From the human T2T-CHM13v2.0 reference genome, Homo sapiens: 64,000 nucleotides of DNA. Shown piece by piece: positions 53,930-64,000 of this stretch. Numbering within the stretch: position 1 is the stretch's first letter; each line of letters begins with the position of its first letter. The notes beneath the pieces were generated by a model. It did not search any database. It was given only the letters and a program-made list of their open reading frames with translations, and had not been told where the DNA came from. The DNA lies in contig CP086569.2 in the NCBI GenBank assembly GCA_009914755.4, positions 384,001 to 448,000 of the forward strand, written 5' to 3'. The translations under genes and the position numbers were made by a program.

Positions 53930-55305
53930 AGATAGAGGGAGAAAGAGGAGAAACAAGAGGAGGAGGAGGCTGGAGGAGGAGAAGGAGGAGGAAGAGAAAG
54001 AGGAGGAGGTGGAGGAGGAGGGAGACAGAGGAGGAGGAGGGAGTGGTTGGAGGAGGAGAAAGAGAAGGATGAGGAAGAGAAAAAGAAGGAGGGGGAGGAG
54101 GAAGAAGAGGAGGAGGGGAAGGAGGAGAAAGAGGAGGAGAGGGAGGAAGAGGAGGAGGCTGGAGGAGGAGAAAAAGGAGAAAGAGAAAAAGGAGGAGGGA
54201 GAGGAGGAGGGGAAGGAGGAGGGAGAGAAAGAGGAGGAGAGGGAGGAAGAGGAGGAGGCTGGAGGAGGAGGAAAAGGAGGAGGGAGAGGAGGAGGGGAAG
54301 GAGGAGGGAGAGAAAGAGGAGGAGAGGGAGGAAGAGGAGGAGGCTGGAGGAGGAGAAAAAGGAGAAAGAGAAAAAGGAGGAGGGAGAGGAGGAGGGGAAG
54401 GAGGAGGGAGAGAAAGAGGAGGAGAGGGAGGAAGAGGAGGAGGCTGGAGGAGGAGGAAAAGGAGAAAGAGAAAAAGGAGGAGGGAGAGGAGGAGGGGAAG
54501 GGGGAGGGAGAGAAGTAGAAGCAGGAAGAGTGGGGAAGGAGGAGGTTGGAGAAGGTGGAGGAGGAAGAAGAGAAACAGGAAGAAGAGGAGGAAAAAGGGG
54601 AGGAGGAGGGAGAGGAGGAAAGAGAGGAGGAGGGGAAGGAGGAGGAAGAGAAAGAGGAGGAGGGGGAGAAGCAGGGAGAGGAGGAGGAGGAAGAGAAAGA
54701 GGAGGAGGGAGAGGAGGAGGGAGAGGAGGAGGAAGAGAAAGAGGAGAAGGGAGAGGAGGAGGGGGAGGAGGAGGGAGAGGAGGAGGAGGAAGAGAAAGAG
54801 GAGGAGGGAGAGGAGGAAGAGCCTGGAGGAGGAGGAAGAGAAAGAAGAAAAGGAAGAGGAGGGGAAAGAAGAGGCTGGAGAAGATGGAGGAGGAAGAAGA
54901 GAAAGAGGAAGAGGAGAGGGGAGAGGATGAGGGGAAGGAGGAGGAAGAGAAAGAGGAGGAGGGAGAGGAGGAAGAGGCTGGAGAGGAGAAGGAGGAAGAG
55001 AAAGAGGAGGAGGGGGAGGAGGGGAAGGAAGAGGTTGGAGAAGGTAGAGGAGGAAGAAGCGAAAGAAAAGGAGGGGGAGGAGAGAGGGGAGGAGAAAGAA
55101 CAGGAAGAGGAGAGGGAGAAGGAGGAACAAGAGAAGGGGGAAGAGGGGAGGAGGAAAAGATGAGAGGAGGAGAAGGAAGCGGAAGAGAAAGAGGGAGAGG
55201 TGGAGAAGGGGGAGGAGGAGGGGAAGGAGGAGGAGGAAGAGGAGGAGGAGAAGAAGGTGGAGGAGGGAGAAAAGGGAAGAGGGGGGAAGAGGGGGGAGAG
55301 GGACT
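53930..55305. repeat. ~1.4-kb polypurine (GGA/GAG/GAA)n tract with higher-order ~85-100-bp periodicity ('gaggaggctggaggaggag...' blocks at ~54143, 54244, 54329 and 54431)
   Basis: Almost pure A/G on the + strand; repeated 'ggaggaggctggaggaggagaaaaaggagaaagagaaaaaggaggagggagaggaggaggggaaggaggagggagagaaagaggaggagagggaggaagag' modules. Confidence 0.9.
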
Positions 55306-56247
55306 CAGGAAAACAGGTCCCCCTCACCCCCATCCCACCGTAATAAAGACATGACGCCTTTTTATGCTGAGAAAACATCAAGCTGTGTTTCTCCTTCCCC
55401 AGAGACACTTCGCAGCCCCTCTTGGGATCCAGCGCAGCGCAAGGTAAGCCAGATGCCTCTGCTGTTGCCCTCCCTGTGGGCCTGCTCTCCTCACGCCGGC
55501 CCCCACCTGGGCCACCTGTGGCACCTGCCAGGAGGCTGAGCTGCAAACCCCAATGAGGGGCAGGTGCTCCCGGAGACCTGCTTCCCACACGCCCATCGTT
55601 CTGCCCCCCGCTTTGAGTTCTCCCAGGCCCCTCTGTGCACCCCTCCCTAGCAGGAACATGCCGTCTGCCCCCTTGAGCTTTGCAAGGTCTCGGTGATAAT
55701 AGGAAGGTCTTTGCCTTGCAGGGAGAATGAGTCATCCGTGCTCCCTCCGAGGGGGATTCTGGAGTCCACAGTAATTGCAGGGCTGACACTCTGCCCTGCA
55801 CCGGGCGCCCCAGCTCCTCCCCACCTCCCTCCTCCATCCCTGTCTCCGGATATTAAGACGGGGCGCTCAGGGGCCTGTAACTGGGGAAGGTATACCCGCC
55901 CTGCAGAGGTGGACCCTGTCTGTTTTGATTTCTGTTCCATGTCCAAGGCAGGACATGACCCTGTTTTGGAATGCTGATTTATGGATTTTCCAGGCCACTG
56001 TGCCCCAGATACAATTTTCTCTGACATTAAGAATACGTAGAGAACCAAATGCATTTTCTTCTTAAAAAAAAAAAAAAACCAAAAAAAAAAAAAAAAACCA
56101 AAAAACTGTACTTAATAAGATCCATGCCTATAAGACAAAGGAACACCTCTTGTCATATATGTGGGACCTCGGGCAGCGTGTGAAAGTTTACTTGCAGTTT
56201 GCAGTAAAATGACAAAGCTAACACCTGGCGTGGACAATCTTACCTAG

Positions 56248-56559
<312 letters not shown>

Positions 56560-56896
56560 TAGCCTCCACTGCCCCATCAGCAAAAGGCAAAACAGGTTAC
56601 CAGCCTCCCGCCACCCCTGAAGAATAATTGTGAAAAAATGTGGAATTAGCAACATGTTGGCAGGATTTTTGCTGAGGTTATAAGCCACTTCCTTCATCTG
56701 GGTCTGAGCTTTTTTGTATTCGGTCTTACCATTCGTTGGTTCTGTAGTTCATGTTTCAAAAATGCAGCCTCAGAGACTGCAAGCCGCTGAGTCAAATACA
56801 AATAGATTTTTAAAGTGTATTTATTTTAAACAAAAAATAAAATCACACATAAGATAAAACAAAACGAAACTGACTTTATACAGTAAAATAAACGAT

Positions 56897-57341
<445 letters not shown>

Positions 57342-57375
57342 TCATTGCTGGAGCACGGGTGAGACTATGTCTTTA

Positions 57376-57882
<507 letters not shown>

Positions 57883-58338
57883 TCAAAACAGCAGAGATTC
57901 ATCCTCTCCCAGCTGTGGAGAACAGCAGTCTGTGATCCAGCTGTCTGAGGACCTTCCTCCCATCAGAAGCTCTAGGGGAGGCTCCTTCCTGCCTCTCCCA
58001 GCTCCTGGGGGCTCCAGGTGTCCCTGGGCTTGTGGCCGCATCACTCCAGTCTCTGCCTCCATCTCCACGTGGCCTTCTCCTCTGTGTCTGCGTCTCCTCT
58101 TCTGTCTCTTACAGGGACACCTGTCATTGTATTTAGGGCCCAGCCCTAAATGGAGTACCAGGATGACCTCATTATAACTAACTATATCTGCAGAGACCGT
58201 AGTTCCAAATAAGTCACCCGTCCTGGGTTCCAGATGAAATTATTTGTGTGGGGGAGATATTATTCCACCTGCTACGCAGGATGATTTGTTTTCCTCACTA
58301 TCAGTGATTGAGATTAACATGTTTCTGTGCTTGGTTAG

Positions 58339-58695
<357 letters not shown>

Positions 58696-58781
58696 TAAAA
58701 ATCTGTGAGAACTTTCCTTAGGTGATCATCCAAGCCTCAGGGGTCTGAGCAATGGCTTTTTGCTGTAAAAGTCAGACGTGG

Positions 58782-59583
<802 letters not shown>

Positions 59584-60040
59584 TCACCTCCTTGACCGTT
59601 TACAGGTGACAACTGTTTGAATCGGTCACCAAAGCGTCAAGATTACGGATCCTCAAGCCGTAGACATTTCACGTACAATCAAAATCAACTGAAAAGGCAG
59701 GCGACGTTTCCTGGAGGAACTTTGCTGAAAGAAAAGTCATGAGCCATAACAAACCCTGGAACCGGCTTCTTAACCCCCACCGCAAACTCCCAAGCTTCGG
59801 CGTGTGTTGAAAAACCAGAAAGACAGCCTTCTCTAAATAGGATCCACATCTTCATCTTTCTCTCAGGACCCCAAAGACACCTCCTGGCTGTTTCTTGCTG
59901 GAGAGAAAGCATTTCACGTGCAGTACACCCTGTTTGAAACATCGCTTGGGTATTTTGATACATTGTTTTGTTGTAGTCAGAAACAGCGCATCAGAAAACA
60001 CAGTTGTACAAATACTCTTTTTAATGGTACTCGGTGGGGG

Positions 60041-60815
60041 CTGTGTGTGTGTTTTAAAATAACAAAACTGCTAAACTCCATGGGAATTACTCAAAATGAA
60101 TATCAGGGAAAGGTTTCCTTCGTTACTTAAACAGATGCCTTTGCAACCTACTATTTTATTTTATTATGTCATTTCTATGGGAAGAGATTATTTAAAAGAA
60201 GAAAAGGGGCCCCAGGTTTTCTCTCCTAAATTTCTAGCCCCAAACCTTCGTGATATTGAAAAGCAAGTATATCACAAAAGACTGTCTTCTACAAATTATA
60301 TTTTTAATTGCAGTGTGCGTGTGTGTTTTAAAATAACAAAACTGCTAAACTCCATGGGAATTAGTCAAAATGAATATCGGGGAAGGGTTTCCTTCGATAC
60401 TTAAATAGGTACCTTTGCAACCTACTATTTTATTTTATTATGTCATTTCTATGGGAGGAGATTATTTAAAAGGAGGAGCTCACGTTTTTCGTACGAAATT
60501 TCTAGCCCCAACCCTCCATGATACTGAAAAGCAAGTATATCAGAAAAGACTGTGTTCTACAAATTATGTTTTTAATTGCACTGTGTGTGTGTGTGTGTGT
60601 GTGTGTGTTTTAAAATAACAAAACTGCTAAACTCCATGGGAATTACTCAAAATGAATATCAGGGAAAGGTTTCCTTCGTTACTTAAACAGATGCCTTTGC
60701 AACCTACTATTTTATTTTATTATGTCATTTCTATGGGAGGAGATTATTTAAAAGGAGGAGCCCACTTTCTTGCTTTTAAATTTCCAGCCCCAACCCTTCT
60801 GGACATAACTCGTCT
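60041..60815. repeat. Tandem repeat, ~281-bp unit x ~2.7, each unit starting with a short (GT)n
   Basis: '(gt)n ttttaaaataacaaaactgctaaactccatgggaattactcaaaatgaatatcagggaaaggtttccttcgttacttaaacagatgcctttgcaacctactattttattttattatgtcatttctatgggaagagattatttaaaag...' begins at ~60047, ~60326 and ~60609. Confidence 0.85.
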
Positions 60816-61701
60816 TCCTCTGCAGATTGGAACAGATGATTTTGCCGTCCAAGCATCCACCGGTGCTGTAGGAGAAGACGCACCGTGTTAGGTAGGTCAG
60901 CTGGCTCTGAGTTGAAAGTGTCACCCAAACCCAGGAGATCCAGGGCAGAAATTGTTTTAGTTCCACAGAGCAGCCACGGGTGCACCGTCTGTGTATCTCT
61001 GTCAGTGATGCAATCCAATGCATCTGGCAAAGGGAACGCAGGGGGCTGCGAGGAAGGCCCATTCGAGTGGCCTGTAAAAATGCTGAAAGCTCCATACACC
61101 TTCCCTGTCTCTGGGATTCTCAGCATCCTGCTCTGCCCTCCAAGTACAGGTCGCTGACCCACCTCCCACCCCTGCCCACCTCCAATCACATGCCTTGCAC
61201 CCCTTCCTACCATTAGGCCTGCCGCTAAGGACCTGATTAGCTATAAATTTATGGCAATCCGCAACCACCGGCCTTCCCCTCCTGATGTTTTCTGACACAT
61301 TTCAGGAGACGCAGAATACAGGCTCGCTGGTCCACCCGAGACCCCTGGCTGCAGAAACAGCCCGGCTCGTGAACACAGTTGCCGTGGTAACATGCCCCCC
61401 AGCTGTAGCCGGCCTAGGAAAACTACGTGGACAAGGATGATTTTTTCACAAGTTTTATTTTTTATTTATTTACTTGGGACCTTTTGTTTGGCAGCCGGAC
61501 GGTGCAGCTTTTTCTCTGCACGGAGTCTGGTTGTGTCTACACACACAGGCAACACGCATAGATGGACATAAAACTATCCCCTCCCAAGACTTGCAAAGGA
61601 TGCACGTTTTTCAGGCTGCAGCCAGGACGAGGGAGAGGTAGAGGTTGTAGTTATTGAGTAGGGGAGTCCCAAGAAAATCGTTGCCATAGGAAAGAAACAG
61701 T

Positions 61702-62477
<776 letters not shown>

Positions 62478-62666
62478 TTACACAAAAAACCAAACCAAAC
62501 AAAACAGGTGCTGAGGTGATATTGAAAGATAAGATTGCTTAGAATATGGAGGCTAATGTTTGGAGGTGACTTTTGTAAATTGATCTTCATCCCTGGCAGT
62601 CCTTTGGTTGAAGGAGCCTGGATTTTAGTGTAAGATTTGGCTGGTTTGTTATAACATGTGGATCCC

Positions 62667-62667
<1 letters not shown>

Positions 62668-62745
<78 letters not shown>

Positions 62746-62919
62746 TTTCTTTCTTTCTTTCTTTTCCTTTCTTTCTTTTCCTTTCTTTCTTTCTCTCTCT
62801 TTCTTCTTTCCTTCCTTCTTTCTTTCTTTCTTTTTTCTTTCTCTCTTTTCTTTCTTTCTCTCTCTCTCTCCCTCCCTCCCTCCTTCCCTTCCTTCCTTCC
62901 TTCCATCTTTCTTTCTTTT

Positions 62920-62962
<43 letters not shown>

Positions 62963-63009
62963 CTCTTTCTTTCTTTCTTTCTTTCTCTCTTTTTCTTTCT
63001 TTTCTTTCT

Positions 63010-63056
<47 letters not shown>

Positions 63057-63080
63057 CTCTTTTCTTTCTTCCTTCTTTTT
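62668..63080. repeat. (TTTC)n/(CTTT)n microsatellite with (CT)n and (CCTT)n interruptions
   Basis: 'ctttctttctttctttc...' for ~410 bp. Confidence 0.95.
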
Positions 63081-63152
63081 AAGTGAAAGCAAGTTTTTTA
63101 AGAAAGTGAAGTAATAAAAGAATGGCTACTCCAGAGGCAGAGTACCCCTTAG

Positions 63153-63498
<346 letters not shown>

Positions 63499-64000
63499 CC
63501 ATCCTCTTTATTTTTTAAATTCTATTTGTATTCTTGATCTTCCCAGTTTTAGTGGCTCTTCAGGGGCTGAGAAAGCATGAAATACAGAGAATTTCTCTCC
63601 TCTTTCAACCAGAAAAGTTGTCTCATGTCTTTGGAGGTGGTAAGACCAGAGATATCTTTCTTGCAGGAGGAAGATGATTTCAAGAACAGAGAAATTGAGA
63701 TGATTTTCCCGAGACAGGCAGTTGTTTCTTTCCTCCTCTCAGACACCTGTCCCGCGAGGCCAAGATGAAGTTGCTTCATTTTCTTAAGAGAGAATGACCG
63801 GAATGTTCCGGAAAACCAAAACGTCCAAGCTTTTGCAGGATGGAAGGAGTGGATCTATAGCAATTGAATTGAACACTTGTGTCCCTGTGTCTCCCTTGCT
63901 GCCCCCCAAACCTGAGAGCCCATTTTCAGCTTCTCCAGTGACCCAGTTGTCCAAGCGGAAACTAGTTAATCACCCTCAGTGGACCTGATATTCCCCGGAA

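Overview
This window reads as primate (human-like) nuclear genomic DNA, not a prokaryotic locus. I see no operon, defence island or CRISPR array. A likely undescribed biological 'system' in the gene-cluster sense is not supported by the sequence.

About 58 Alu copies or fragments make up roughly a quarter of the window, with about a 2:1 minus-strand bias. Other interspersed repeats are two L1 fragments (one young L1PA 3' end with a target-site duplication (TSD), one older L1M split by an Alu), two paralogous MIR fragments and a MaLR-type solo LTR.

Tandem repeats are unusually dense:
- kilobase-scale (GGAT)n and (GATA)n arrays in both orientations;
- several (TTTC)n/(GAAA)n tracts;
- two (GT)n microsatellites;
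- a ~1.65-kb minisatellite with a 29/30-bp unit;
- a ~2.1-kb AT-rich minisatellite complex;
- a 1.4-kb polypurine tract;
- a 46-bp x5 repeat and a ~281-bp x2.7 repeat.

Several Alu-based tandem structures stand out: an 8-unit array of an Alu 3' segment, a triplicated ~317-bp unit containing an Alu, Alus with internally triplicated or duplicated segments, and Alus carrying 2-4 tandem left monomers.

No convincing protein-coding exon was found. Almost all long ORFs in the supplied track translate stop-free low-complexity repeats or Alu/L1 sequence.

Non-repetitive DNA keeps CpG at close to the expected frequency, and several blocks look like CpG islands. One block (~25.1-25.6 kb) carries a dense cluster of TAAT/ATTA homeodomain-type motifs. 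Together with the repeat density this suggests a recombination-active, possibly subtelomeric or hypomethylated developmental-locus context, but that is inference only.

All coordinates are hand-derived, about +/-10 bp.
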